From positions 9,920,001 through 9,984,000 of the forward strand of contig OZ281494.1 of assembly GCA_965637545.1 (NCBI GenBank): a DNA stretch of 64,000 nt, written 5' to 3'. This document shows positions 50,670-63,238 of the stretch, piece by piece. The notes beneath the pieces were generated by a model that was not told where the DNA came from, did not search any database, and worked only from the letters and a program-made list of their open reading frames with translations. The translations under genes and the position numbers were made by a program. Origin of the DNA: Phallusia mammillata (Eukaryota). Position 1 is the first letter of the stretch; every line of letters starts with the position of its first letter.

Positions 50670-53600
50670 CCCAAAATCTTGGTCACTAACTTAGGTATTA
50701 TCAAACGCAAATTTCAGGGTGACCAGACGTAAGTAAGAAGATATATATTGATCCATAATGTTGGACATATATCTGGAAAGGAAGTTTCGTTTACTAACAA
50801 GACAGCTGGGCTTTTCGTCCCAAAATTCAGCGAATAACATTATCGACATTTATTTCGTTTCAAAAAAATTAACCACCCAGCTTATTGCATTTGAGGCCAG
50901 TTTCCTACTGAGAAGCAAAATAGTTGTATTTTCCCCCACAAGACCACTGCAGCGTTATAGTCTATTTTACGGTTCTTTTCATCTTTTATCACTCTGTCTT
51001 ATTTCTTTAAATGTAATAGTATGACAGACAGTTCGCTTCACATTTTCAATTTTTCAAACGACGATCACTTTGCGTTTAAAAATCTAAATACTTCGTTAGG
51101 CTTACCGAAAAAAAACGGCCCTGCTAAACTTCTAACTAATCAAGAAGCAAAGAACAGACTGACAAATAATGTTCTCTACACTCTACAGGACAGGTAGATT
51201 GCCTGGACTTCGAACTATTGTTAGCTCGCATCTTTACTCTTTGTATAAATCCAAATGCTCTTATCTGCGCACGCAAAATGCTCACTGAACAATCGAAGTC
51301 GGCCGGAAGCACAACTGTGACGTATAGCTGCCCTGCGCCGTTTTGCATCACGAATTCCCGTCGTATGACTTTACATAAGATACCATTCTGCTGTTGAATT
51401 TACAGGCCACGTGCATTAGCTGTCGATGTCTTACTGTTAACCACTGTTTTGTTGTAATCTTAAATCTTTCTTGACACCTAGCATGGTTTTTCAAGACCAT
51501 TATATGCTTATTGGATAAAAAAACACAATCCTGTGTTGTTTAAGCCCTGACAGTGTGTTTATGAGCAAAGCACCCTGCTGCACTGTGGGAAATCTTAAAC
51601 TAATACTTTTGATGCAATCAGTTCAAGTTAGGCATATCCAGCATTTTTTGCATAAGTTCTTTGGGAAGTTGCAAGTTGTATCATACCGTTAATTAAAGTG
51701 GCCAAAAATACTCACAAAGCTCTCCTTATTACGCTTTACATCAAAAAGCATTTCCAAACATGACTAAATGAACGCATTCATTGACGCAACTGCTTACCCA
51801 TATCAAGCTGCAATTATCATACGCTCGCCCGAAAAAAAATGTAACAAATACTGAAATGCATGCGTTTCACGCAAATTTTCCCACTAGTAATTGGTCGTGA
51901 CTACACCAATGATGTATCAAAAATTCAACATCGTAAGTATTTAGCTGACTACTAATTTCTATACAATTTCAAACGTCTTGGATCAGCTCGCTACGAAACG
52001 AACAAAGCATAACTGATTTTTATGGTTCTACGAAGAAACAGCTCTGAGTATGGCGTTACTGTCGTCTTGTTTCTATTTTAAACCTAGCGTTTGTTAAATT
52101 TCACGGAAAAGTAGGAAAAACGCTTGGGTGAAACGTTTTCATCCAAATTTAGATGGCTTTGTCGCGTAACATTACGTTGACCCGTAAATGCAATGGGTAC
52201 GTCATGTTTGTAAAAGCGTATGTTTGCGCACGATATTTTACGCGTTCCTCATAAAGTGACGTTTTTCATGCCAACAATCCAGTTGCCAAGCGCCAGAACA
52301 AACAATAAAAATTTTTAGCGCTTAAAGCCAAGCAAAAGACCCCACAAACATACAAATACCGTCAAATCGACATTTATTACTCTTTCAGGTGGCAATACTA
52401 CCCAGGGCGTTTAGAATTTGCTTAGTTATCAGATGTCACGGCCTTTTACTACGTTTTTGTTGCCAAATGAATAGCAGACTAAATTTTTCACGTTACATCA
52501 AGCCTTTAAAATTTAAATGACACTCTTCACGTGTATAAGGCCATCAAGTGACATTCTTACCACTCGCCACATTACAAAACGTTTTAGCCAATTTCGAGAA
52601 AAGTTGCTGCTCAAAGGCAGTAAGGTGCTCTCACTTGTGGCTGTGGTGAGATTGCTTAGGTTTGTTGTGACAGCTTTTCTAGCAACGACATTTTTACCAC
52701 TTAATCGTTTCGCACAAGTTCGCTGCAGTCCTTGCGTTTCCTCAGGCGGGGGAGAAACCGACAAAAACCCGGCTCATTCTGTTTAGCTATTTCTTCATCT
52801 TCAATTATGCTGTTGTACATATGCTTAAGTATGCTGTCTTACATATGTTCAAAAGCAATCACCTTTTTCAAAAATATGTGTTTTATTCTGTTCTCAAACA
52901 CGAACATACTTGCATCACAAACCAACCGAACGAGCTTCGTGGATTTAACCGTAGCAATGTATTCGCAGCATGCTGCAGTTGTAAACAAACTGAAGTATAG
53001 GACTTACGGTTACGTACTTTGTCTTCTACAGGTATAAAGCAAAATCCAACTTTTCTACTTTACCCAATAAACGTTTTAACGGTTACTGTACTCGGCTTGT
53101 CATACAACTTCGATATTTTATGCTGCGTACAGTCACTATATAAACAGCTGATTCAGACAGCGTATATAGTTGCATTTAACACTATGAATTCCACATCACA
53201 AACTAATAGCTCAATGCAAATTGAACTGACATTACCTTCCCATTCATAAAACCAGATGGCGAACTATCAATTTAAGCGCCTGGTAAGCGGTGTAACAAAT
53301 GGGTGTGTTAAAATTATCAGGTGTTCTACCTCTTTTGAAATTAATTTCACTAGAATTTTACTGTTGTATGTTTTTCGTTGCAGTTACAACTAACTGCGTA
53401 CTAAAGAAGCTGTAAAACATGGTTAACGATTTGGGTACATTTGATCAACGTTTAACAAGCGAATAGTAATGAAGGCCGCTGCTTAGTTACCCAAACCGTT
53501 TTGTTAAGTTTTCAATCGGGCTGTAGGCTACTTCAGAAGCTTTATCTAAATATCGGGTACTTTTTATTCTTGTCTAGTTTATAGAACCATTTAAACCTGG

Positions 53601-55299
53601 CCTGATGATCTGCACTACTTAATGACAATATTCCCTTTTTGCAGGCTTTACATTGCTGAGAGGCTGTGTAAAGTAGCATCAAAACAGCAGAATATTGAAA
53701 ATTAATCAGTTCCTGGAAAAGACCAACCCGAGGTTATAGTGTTCCACGTTACGGTAATCGTCAACAAACACATCACAAAGCCGTCAATAGTATTTTATAA
53801 CCAGCCACAAGTATGTCAAGAAACGTGATATCCTTACAAAAGCTGGCGCAAACGCTGTTGGAAACGATAACCCGTTAATTGGTGATCAGTGAGCATTGGT
53901 ATCCTAATTGCTTACACGTGGTGGCCACAGGGCAGAAACAACGGAAATACCAAGTCTAGCAGAAACAGTAGGCCTACAGCTCTCTCAAGACGTTACCTGC
54001 TAAATTCACGTTAGATTTCGCATCCCTTTATCCGCATTTTAAACACCCTGCATTGTGTAAGCTGTCAGACTTTACTTTGCGACTTAATCTTCGCCTGAAG
54101 ATAGAAATTCAAACAACCTGGACATAGTAAGTTGTTTTAGGTGAATACTTCGCCTTTCAAGGCAAGACAAACTTGTAACACGTTCGTCGCCTATAAGTAC
54201 ACTGGCGATTTTGGAAGGCACATGAAGGCATAGAAAAAGTCGCCTTGCTGTAAAATGTTTGGCGACGACAAAATACACGATTCTGTGCAAACATTATGAA
54301 CTTTCAAAGGCCTTTGTAATTTTTTCAACCTCAACGCTACAGCGCAAACATTACGGAACGCCTTTGCGAGAGATTTATGCCTTTCCGTCGCGGTTATTGT
54401 TTGAGATTTCTCATATTCGACAATCGCCTTTTAATGCGACTAATCCGAATTATTGAGAAGTGTGCTGGTCAAGCTGTGCCAGAGCGCGTTTTTGCCTTAT
54501 TAAATCTGTGCTTCCTGTGGGTTTTCGACTTTAAATTGGTTAATATTATAATACATCACAGTTGATTAAAAGCATTTTCAATGCATTCCAACGCCTGTTT
54601 TATAATGCAAAACTACCCAGGCTTAACGAAGTAAAATGCATTCTAAGCCTGTTGGCAGCTAAACTTAAAAAAACGTTTGTTGTCATGGATTTTGTTTACA
54701 AATTTTAGCACATATTTGAACTTTTTTTGAATTCTTGAGAACCAGACCAAAAGGGCAAATTAATTTTTTTTCTTTCATTTTTAGCACACATAGTGGCGCT
54801 CTTGAATATGGTAGAAATAAGTTTTTAGCGCAAAATATTCAGTATTCAAATAAAGAAAATCTACTGTTGCAGTCTACATAGCAAGGAATAGGCTATGTTT
54901 ATGACAAATATACCACCTCTTTGTGACTTAACCTGCCTGTCATTAGGTAAAACGAAAGTCATATTTTAAATCAAACCGAAATTTATGTGTTCAAGGCAGA
55001 ATCTAGTAAACGTTTCAACTTAACTACAGAATTTAAGCAGGGTCAAAACATGACCGAGTGCGTTTGAAATGTTTGGTTAAGTTTTCTCGATAAAATGGCT
55101 TTAAAAAAGGTTGGTAAGATACTTCACTGGTTACGTTTCGACAAGTTTAGTTGTCTTACACGCATGCCAGCATCAGCCACATGGACTACAAGACAAACTG
55201 TTTTGTCTCGTGGTTTATGTCAATACTTGCACAACCACATTGCAACACGGATTTCACGCACTGCATTGACAAGCCCATTTTCGACTCGCACCATCGTCT

Positions 55300-55373
55300 G
55301 GCCGGTTAGCTCAGTTGGTTAGAGCGTCGTGCTAATAACGCGAATGTCGCGGGTTCGATCCCCGTACTGGCCA
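55300..55373 (+). tRNA. tRNA-Ile-AAT: tRNA-Ile, anticodon AAT
   Basis: GGCCGGTTAGCTCAGTTGGTTAGAGCGTCGTGCTAATAACGCGAATGTCGCGGGTTCGATCCCCGTACTGGCCA. 74-nt cloverleaf with A and B boxes, nearly identical to the metazoan tRNA-Ile(AAU) consensus. Confidence 0.96.
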
Positions 55374-55377
55374 CTCT

Positions 55378-55450
55378 GCCTCGATAGCTCAGTTGGGAGA
55401 GCGTTAGACTGAAGATCTAAAGGTCCCTGGTTCAATCCCGGGTCGGGGCA
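55378..55450 (+). tRNA. tRNA-Phe-GAA: tRNA-Phe, anticodon GAA
   Basis: GCCTCGATAGCTCAGTTGGGAGAGCGTTAGACTGAAGATCTAAAGGTCCCTGGTTCAATCCCGGGTCGGGGCA. 73 nt. The acceptor stem GCCTCGA/TCGGGGC pairs fully with one G-U. Confidence 0.96.
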
Positions 55451-55453
55451 AAC

Positions 55454-55458
55454 TTTTT
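55454..55458 (+). terminator. RNA polymerase III terminator (T5)
   Basis: TTTTT 3 nt after tRNA-Phe. There is no T-run between the two tRNAs. Confidence 0.8.
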
Positions 55459-55540
55459 GAATCGTTATTCACCAACAAAACTTTAAAGCCAATTTAACAT
55501 CATTTTCACTCAATTTATTGTCGTTTTAAACGGCTACAAT

Positions 55541-55767
55541 CCAGTCTGCAGAACATGGCAGTTCCCGACGAGATCTCGCGCGTGTAGGACCTACATGTCC
55601 TGCGTGCGCGACCCGTAAGTTCGCGTGCAAGACCAATTTCAGCAGGCCCAAAGCAAGTAAAAGAGGTCAAGACAGGCCAATTAAATGCCTTTGGTGCAAA
55701 ATTTTCGCGTGCACATATTTTTTTTCCAAAAAAATCGCGCGTGCAGCTGCCATACTCTGCAGACTGG
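55541..55767. mobile_element. Class II MITE (227 bp) with 8-bp TSD
   Basis: TIRs CCAGTCTGCAGAACATGGCAG / CTGCCATACTCTGCAGACTGG. Perfect TSD GCTACAAT at 55533-40 and 55768-75. Internal TCGCGCGTG-like repeats. Confidence 0.88.
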
Positions 55768-56334
55768 GCTACAATAACGGTATGGTTAGCCCTTAACGAC
55801 CCGCTAGAACTTATGTCTTACTAATGCGAGTGAAAATATAGGCACAATTTACCAAAACTTACAACTAACCCTTATGTTCACACCAATCACACGTAACCCC
55901 AGTCATTTGTATTCTGTATTCCACAACATATAATTGTGGCAAAACCAACAAAATTAGTCTAACCGCTAGTGTTTGAAACAAACTCGACACCTAAAGCAGC
56001 ATAATATAACATAAATACTCTGTTTATTTGCATGACAGCGAGGACAGATAAAAAACGACGACTTTATGACTTTAAACAAGACCACCACATGACAAGAATG
56101 TGGAATAGACCCATATACGTAGGTTTAAAAATCTGCCCAATCTATAAAATAAACAAGTAATCAATATGTATTTGGGTTAAACCAATTCATGTTATCAGAG
56201 AAACACTTTGCCTATACAAGCTGTCAAAAATTTCCTGAGTTAAATAGTAAAGTTTTGGTACGTATAGCCCAAAGCTCGATTACAACACCAAGGAAATATG
56301 CAATTGACAACTGTGATGGCAAAACACCGGAATT

Positions 56335-59300
56335 TTAATCACAGCGAAACATCATAGTGACAGCTCGCAAGCTTTCAGTTTTTGCGCCTGTGGGTTTCCA
56401 CTTCATTTTTGCACCACCTTTTGCATTAGACCAGGGAGCATGAGGGGCAAATCGGAAACACTTGCTGTACCAAAAACCTCCCCATTCTTTCTTGTCGGCA
56501 CAATTCTTGTTCCTGTGTGAAATCATCGTAAAAAAATACCAACAAAAGCACTATTTTCGAACAATTGAAATTGAGTACTAATAAGGCGCGACAGCGTTGT
56601 AAGTCTGGTCAGGTTTAGGATTAGTTTTGAATAAAACGGGCTTGGTCCGCGCCTACACTAGGACATATGTATGTTATAGCTTCCCAAACCCGTGACATTT
56701 TTTTAGAAATGGGTTGAACCCATCCCTTCGACATTTACAGGGAATTGGATCTAACGTTTTTCCCGTGAAACTCTCTGCAGGTAATATTAGGCCAGGACTG
56801 TTTCATTCCAAACCGCGAGGCAACCGCTAATGTAAATTGATTTTGTCAGCGACTCATATTACTAATGCAACATAAAAAATATATCTGTTGCCTATCAACC
56901 CTAAGTAAACTTATAGGCCCTAGGAAAAAAAACATATTTCTGGCATTCCGATTCGGATGCTAATCTAAACGAATTGTATTTTTTTATCTTTTATATACTG
57001 TATATACTTTTACAGTACTTTAATGTCAGTTTGAAACCTAGCGGGTCGAAAACAAATACGGTTTAAAATTACTTGAATTGGTCGTGATCCTCGTCCCGTG
57101 TGCTAAAATACATTTGGTTGTGATATTTATGCAAAGCATTTCCTGCTGTGCCAGAAAAACCCCTCGCCGTTAGCTTGTAAAAGTCCTTCTCACTTGCAAC
57201 GGCAAACGTCCTGTAGTGACACAAAAATGTAAAGTCAAATTAAAATTGTTTGTTTGTAAAAGTAAAACTGTAAAACACGGCTCGTCAACCTGCTTGTTGT
57301 TACATTGCTTGTTTTTATTTTTTATCATGGTATTGTCGTAAAATCGCACCAATATGCAGAAAGCGCTCTGCTTTCTGTTTATTATGAAGTTTAGCTAGCA
57401 CAAACCACAGTTACTCAAAATAATGCGAAGTTTATGGAAAATAACAAGTAAATTGACACGTATCGCTTAAAACAGAGGTCGTCAACCTTTTTTCTACTGC
57501 GGACCGTTTTTTAAACTAAAATTTTATCGCGGACCGGCCTTAAAAAATCCACAAATATTTACAACGAAAACACATGAATTAGTTTATCATCTCCGGGATA
57601 CATGAGCAAAATGTCTTAGAGCATTTAACCTGAAAAATTATACGGCCCGGTAACGAACTTGTCGCGGACCGGTACCGGGCCGCGGACCGACGGTTGCCGA
57701 CCACTGGCTTAAAAGGTTGCCACCCCCTGCCCGAAACAGTACCAGGCATTTATACAAAAAATCCAAATTTTACCTAAACACACAACACCAGCGAACGAAG
57801 TTTTTAGGAATAAAGACTTAATAAGTTGTGATTGTTAATGATTTTTACCCGTAGTGTGCCTGAATCAACTGGTTACCATAGTTCCACATGTCAATGCGCA
57901 TTCTGCACGGCCCAAAACGTGATGTCTCATTGTGCAAAGTTTCCAAACCTACAAACAGATATTGTGTACACTTTACAGTTTCAAGTTCAAATGACTGATG
58001 TAGGAACCACCCCTTTACAGTACGAGTTAATCAGGCAAAGCATTTAAGCTTTTCCTGTTTTGGTTCAGTAAAATGCCCATCAAGGGATCTCTCCAGGGTA
58101 GAAAGTTATCAAAAAAAGAAAGAAAAGGAAACAAAATGCTCAAGAGAACTATGACACTTTAAGAAAATAATTAGGCATTGAAATGGACATGGTTGTTCAG
58201 CACGGTGTTAAAACTTAATGGTTGTGCGTGAGGTGCGATGTTTTACCAACGAAGGAATTTCAACATACCTAACCAGTATTCGGAATCCAAGGAGCCGAAT
58301 CCGTTTTTGTAATCTTCCCAATATAGGTAAAAATCCTGCGACCCATCATAACGACGATCAAAAACCTGCAGAGTAATTTATATTTTAGTAAGTATCTTTA
58401 CATATGCTCTTCGTTGCCATACTCTCCAGCCTTCTTGACACAGAGCCATATCTCCCGACCGCAATTTGGTAATTCCGTCTTTATTCGTTTGCCAGCAGTT
58501 GGGAGGACCTTGACCAGTAACCAACAAAAAAAGGTTTAGTTAGGCAAATCTCATTCAACTTTATTCTCTTATGAACTCTTCACAATTAAAATATCATGTG
58601 CTTATTACACACACTGCAAATTGTTTAAACATACAAACTTTTGAATTCCTATGACTGTTATTACGCACCCAGGTCGAATAACACTGTAATAGGGTAAAGG
58701 GTTGCATTTGGGGTTTGTAAAATGCGAATACACATTTCAAGTGTTACTTGTGTTAACAGTATGAAGTAATAACAGCAGAGCAAATCACCACATAATTTGT
58801 AGACAACGCTGCTCTTTTTTTCCAAGAGCCTGCACATCGCCAAAACAGCACGATGGGATTAAATCTTTTGTCCATCACCAATTTAAAACGGTCTGATTAT
58901 TTATCTATACTTCGATTTTTTGGTTATGGTTAGCAAAAGAACAAAGTTATGATTCCCCACACAATTTTCATTGACCCTTAGTACCGCAATAGGTAAGAAA
59001 TTTTGTAAGTGAATCACAACAGCTGGTGATTTAGATATAATTTATACCGTCATCGCATTCATTATCATCATCATCATCGTCATCATCGCATCTACATTCA
59101 AACCCTCCGTCTGGGTTAGGAATGCAAATTTCATTTTCGGAACAAGGCGTAAAGTCGCAATCATTTCTGTCTGAAAAATATGCGTCAAAAACACACAAAT
59201 CATCAGTTTGAAATCAGGCCCTGTTGTGAGCTTTTACATGCCGCTAAAACTAGCGAAAGTTTGACAACAACTATAGGCTACAAAAGTTGCTGGATCCAAT

Positions 59301-62300
59301 CGGTTTCATTTTTGGGTGCTTTTTGACAAGTTGTGATTGGTTCCGTTGTGTAATTGGTGAAAAAAAATATTGTATTGTCATACATATAGCGTTGAACCGA
59401 ATCAAGGCGGTATCCCAAGCATTCCCATGGCAAACCACAGTGATTTGGGATTTTAGTTTTTTTGTTAAACAACCCTTGTTTAAACAAAAGGTCTGCTATT
59501 TTTCGGTGAGCGTAACAATACTGTAAAACAACAAGGTATAGTATAAAAAGTAGTGTTTATCGCGTAGGGTTCAAGCAAAGAAATAAATTACTTAAGACCA
59601 AAAATAGTCAGCTATCCCAATTTTACCCTATTATGTGCAATAAAATAATATTACTGTAAGTCGATCCATTTTGTAAGGGTAGCTGGGTAACCAGAAGGAC
59701 AGGAAGTCGAATAAATTTCAGTTTCTTAATTCATCTCAAAACAGATTACTTGTGTTTTCATATGCCACAAACGTGGTTTTACTACCATGCATAGAAAACG
59801 AAAATCTGTCACACCTTCACAGCTGTCTCCATCGTACCCTACGGCACATTGGCATTCGTAAGTTCCTCCAGACACAGGCACACAAGTTGCATCGTTCTCA
59901 CACGGAACATGCACACAAGGATTTAGCTCGACTAAAAACATAATACACGTTCTGCTTTAAAACATTCTGTTGTGTAAAATTACTTTTGAGCAGTAGATTT
60001 TTGCATTTCAGCTGGTAACAACTGAAGAGAGAATGGATGGGGTTCGTTATACATTCCATTGCAGTTCTGTTAAATTAGACGGACCAGGACAGTAACCATT
60101 AATTATTCGTGGAAAAATTATAATTACGCAAAATTTCTAATCTATAAAAATTCTTTTTGGTCAACAGCATTTAATACTCGATGTGTTTATAGTGTCAGTA
60201 TCTGGTAAACCATTAGAAATTTAAAAAAATAGTTTACAGAGCTTTTTTTCAACCTTGTTTTAGTGCTTTCACATTTCATCAAAAATAACAAGAGCATATG
60301 ACAACACCTTAGGGAAATCAAAATACATGTTTGCTGCTTTGTGTATTTACTAAAGCTTCGACAGAGCAGAGGGTGTTCGGCCGACTTAATTTATCTGTAA
60401 CTGCTGTATACGAGCACAACAATATTCCACATACTTTCACAGTCCTTTCCATCAAAACCCTCTGCGCAGTGACACTCGTAATCCCCATCAGACACGGGCA
60501 CACAAGTTCCGTTGTTCTCGCACGGTAAGCTTACGCAGTGGTTAAGCACAACTTCAAAAATATTAAACATATTCTGCTTTAAAAACTTCATATATGTCAT
60601 AATTAATTTTTTTGAATGCGCCTGGAAATCAACATTTCTATTCACAGGGGAAAAGTCAAAGAGTTAGGTGCAAAAGGAAGAAAGCTTGAACCAAACGTGG
60701 AGAGTAATGCAACAAATAAATTAGCCAACGCAGAAATTGTTTACAACGTTGGCATTTTTTCATTAAATAACTAGTATATATTATATAACTTTGGCAGGGA
60801 TAATGTCCTATTAATAAACAGAAGGCAAAACTCCATCATACAAACTTCACCTTAATTGACAAAAACTATTTATTGGTTTCTATTTATGAATTTAAGATGC
60901 TATCAAGGTAAACCACCATGACAAAAAGACCTAATAAATTTTGAGTCCCAACACGATCTACAGTAAAAAACAAATTATTTGTGTCTTTTCACATGCCAGT
61001 AAAAATAAGTACAGAGTGTTTAACAACAATTTAAAGTTTGTAAGGTGGATGTTTCTAAATCTCAACTAATAACAAAGATATGTTCTGCTTTAGAAATACT
61101 GATGTAATCAATGCTATAGTTAACAGGGTAAGCCAACTTCGTAATAATTCTAACAGGCTGCTACAACGATTGTTTCGTCGAGGAATCTGTTTTCTGGTGT
61201 TGGTGAAACTTAAGCAATCATAATGACAGCCTAAAAAGTACTAAATTCTGTAATGTACTTTCACAGTCGTCTCCATCATATCCTACAGGACATACACATT
61301 CGTAGTTCCCTTCAGACAAGGGCACACACGTTGCATCATTCTGACAGGGGGAGCTTACACACGCACCGAGGTCAACTAAAAACAAAGATATATACTGCTT
61401 TAGAAATCCTGATGTAACCAATACTACAGTTGACAGGGTGAACAAACTTTTCAATAACTCGAACGAAATTTCAATAATTCTAGTAGTTTTTCGTTAAGTA
61501 ATCTGTTTTCTGGTGTAAGCTGAAATCTTATGAACCATAATGACCCGAATTTTACAGCTTAAAAAATACAAAATTTAGCAGACAAAATTATTTCGTACCC
61601 AAAGCAAGACGAGAAATGGACTTGTAGCAGTCGTGTATTTTCAGGTTTTGCTGAAATTACCTAGAGCGTTTATAGCAGCTTGGAATACGTTGGGGTTGTT
61701 GGATTAAAACACTTCTGGTTCGTTTATGAATTTTTCCAAAGCAATTGCAAAAATAAGGCTAAATAGAGTTGGAACTGTTACATACTTTCACAGTCGTCTC
61801 CATCAAATCCTACAGGACATTGGCATTCGTAGTTCTCTCCAGGCAAGGGCACACACGTTGCATCATTCTGACAAGGGGAGCTTGCACAAGCACCCAGCTC
61901 AACTAAAAACAAAAGATATATACTGCTTCAAAAGTCGTTATGTATAATCAGTGGTGGGATGCCCGGTACGCACCGTTCTATAGAACCGCCGCACAAAATT
62001 TTATGAGATCAGCACACCGGTAAGCATTTCTGGTTACTGTCAATGGACTTTTTGTAACAGAACCGGCTAAAAAAATGAATCCCACAAATGTGCATAACTA
62101 ATACTACGGTTGATAGAGTAAGCCAACTTTTTATTAAATCTGACGGACTAGTACAACGTATTTTCGTCGAAGATCTGTTTTCTGGTGTTTGATGAAACTT
62201 TAGCAATCATAATGACAGCTTCTGAAGTACTAAATTCATCATACAAAAAATTTACCACCCAGAGGCAAGACAAAAATGTATTTGTAGCAGTCGTGTGTTT

Positions 62301-62569
62301 TAACGTGTCGCTGAAATTACCAACGGTCTTTATAGCAGTTTGGAGTACGTAGGGGTTGTGGACCGTGGTTTTAAAATATTTCTTGTTTGTTTTTAAATTT
62401 TACCAAAGCTATAGCAAACAACAAGGCTAAATAAAGTTGGAACTGTTATATACTTTCACAGTCATCTCCATCATATCCCAAAGGACATTGGCATTCGTAG
62501 TTCCCTCCTGGCAAGGGTACACATGTTGCATCGTTTTGACAAGGAGAACTTACACAACACCGAGCTCAA
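56335..62569 (-). CDS. Multi-EGF plus fibrinogen C-terminal (FReD) domain protein, 5'-incomplete
   Basis: EGF exons, all phase 1-1: 62569-62454 (116 nt, frameshifted), 61902-61786, 61375-61259, 60551-60435, 59931-59815 (117 nt each), 59170-59048. FReD exons: 58508-58423, 58365-58269, 57948-57849, 57210-57073, 56512-56335. FReD motifs: [50 protein letters not shown]...[12 protein letters not shown]...GGFWYSKC...[10 protein letters not shown]. The intron repeat continues to the window edge, so more exons probably lie beyond 64000. Confidence 0.87.
57473..57706. mobile_element. hAT-type MITE (234 bp) in a FReD intron
   Basis: TIRs CAGAGGTCGTCAACC / GGTTGCCGACCACTG. Perfect 8-bp TSD GCTTAAAA at 57465-72 and 57707-14. 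Subterminal GCGGACCG repeats. Confidence 0.88.
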
Positions 62570-62722
62570 CTAAAAAGAAACGATATATTCTGCTTTATAA
62601 GTACTGATGCCACCAATACTACAGTACGGTAAGCAAACGTTTCAATAAATAATTCTAACGGATCACACCGGTGGTTCTCAACCTTTTGTTGACCGTGGCC
62701 CCCTTCAAGTAACCCTCTAGGA

Positions 62723-62936
62723 CAGTGGTTCTTAAACTTTTTTATTGTCGGGGCCAAATGGTATTTTTTAAGTGTGTAGGGAGCCGAAAAAACGAAACCT
62801 TGAGAAAATCACCAGAGAAGATGACTTTGAAAGCTAAAATAGCAATGTTTGGTGGTTTTCTGAGGTCTGGTGCGAGCCGCAAAATAAGTAGTTGGGAGCC
62901 GCATGCGGCCCCGAAAACCGAGTTTGAGAACCACTG
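62723..62936. mobile_element. hAT MITE (214 bp) nested in an older hAT fragment (62669-~63070)
   Basis: TIRs CAGTGGTTCTTAAACT / AGTTTGAGAACCACTG. Perfect TSD CTCTAGGA at 62715-22 and 62937-44. The host-family copy at 44110-44319 lacks this insertion. Confidence 0.9.
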
Positions 62937-63238
62937 CTCTAGGACCTGTGGCTCCCTTAAAAATGCAAATGACAATCTCGTGTTGGAATTCGGTACTAAT
63001 TTCGACTTTAAACAGGTCGAATAGAATAAACAAGAATCAGTAATCTTAAAAAACCTCAATATAGACAAGGGCTATAGTATAACGATTTGTCTTCGAGGAA
63101 TCTGTTTTTTGGTGTAAGTTGAAACTTTAGTTATCATTATGACAACTTCAAGCGTACTAAGTTCATAGGACAAAAAATTTACCGCCGAGTACTAGTAGCA
63201 AGACAAAAAATGTATTTGTAGCAGTCGTGTGTCTTCAC

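Noticed and set aside
57715-57729. Orphan hAT-like right end GGTTGCCACCCCCTG next to the 57473-57706 MITE
   Set aside because: No partner left end or TSD was found, so it is not reported as an element.
58733-58891. Open phase-1 segment after an AG as the possible last exon of the EGF gene
   Set aside because: Its translation has no recognisable features, whereas exon 58508-58423 continues in phase into a clear fibrinogen domain.
240-62569. All five protein-coding genes lie head-to-tail on the minus strand, suggesting an ascidian-style trans-spliced operon
   Set aside because: Coding-to-coding gaps are about 2.4-5.7 kb and contain transposons and tRNAs. Known ascidian operons have near-zero intergenic spacing, and five co-oriented genes can occur by chance.
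59815-62569. Regularly spaced repeats as a CRISPR-like array
   Set aside because: The repeats are spliceosomal EGF exons with homologous introns in a eukaryotic gene. There are no unique spacers and no cas genes.
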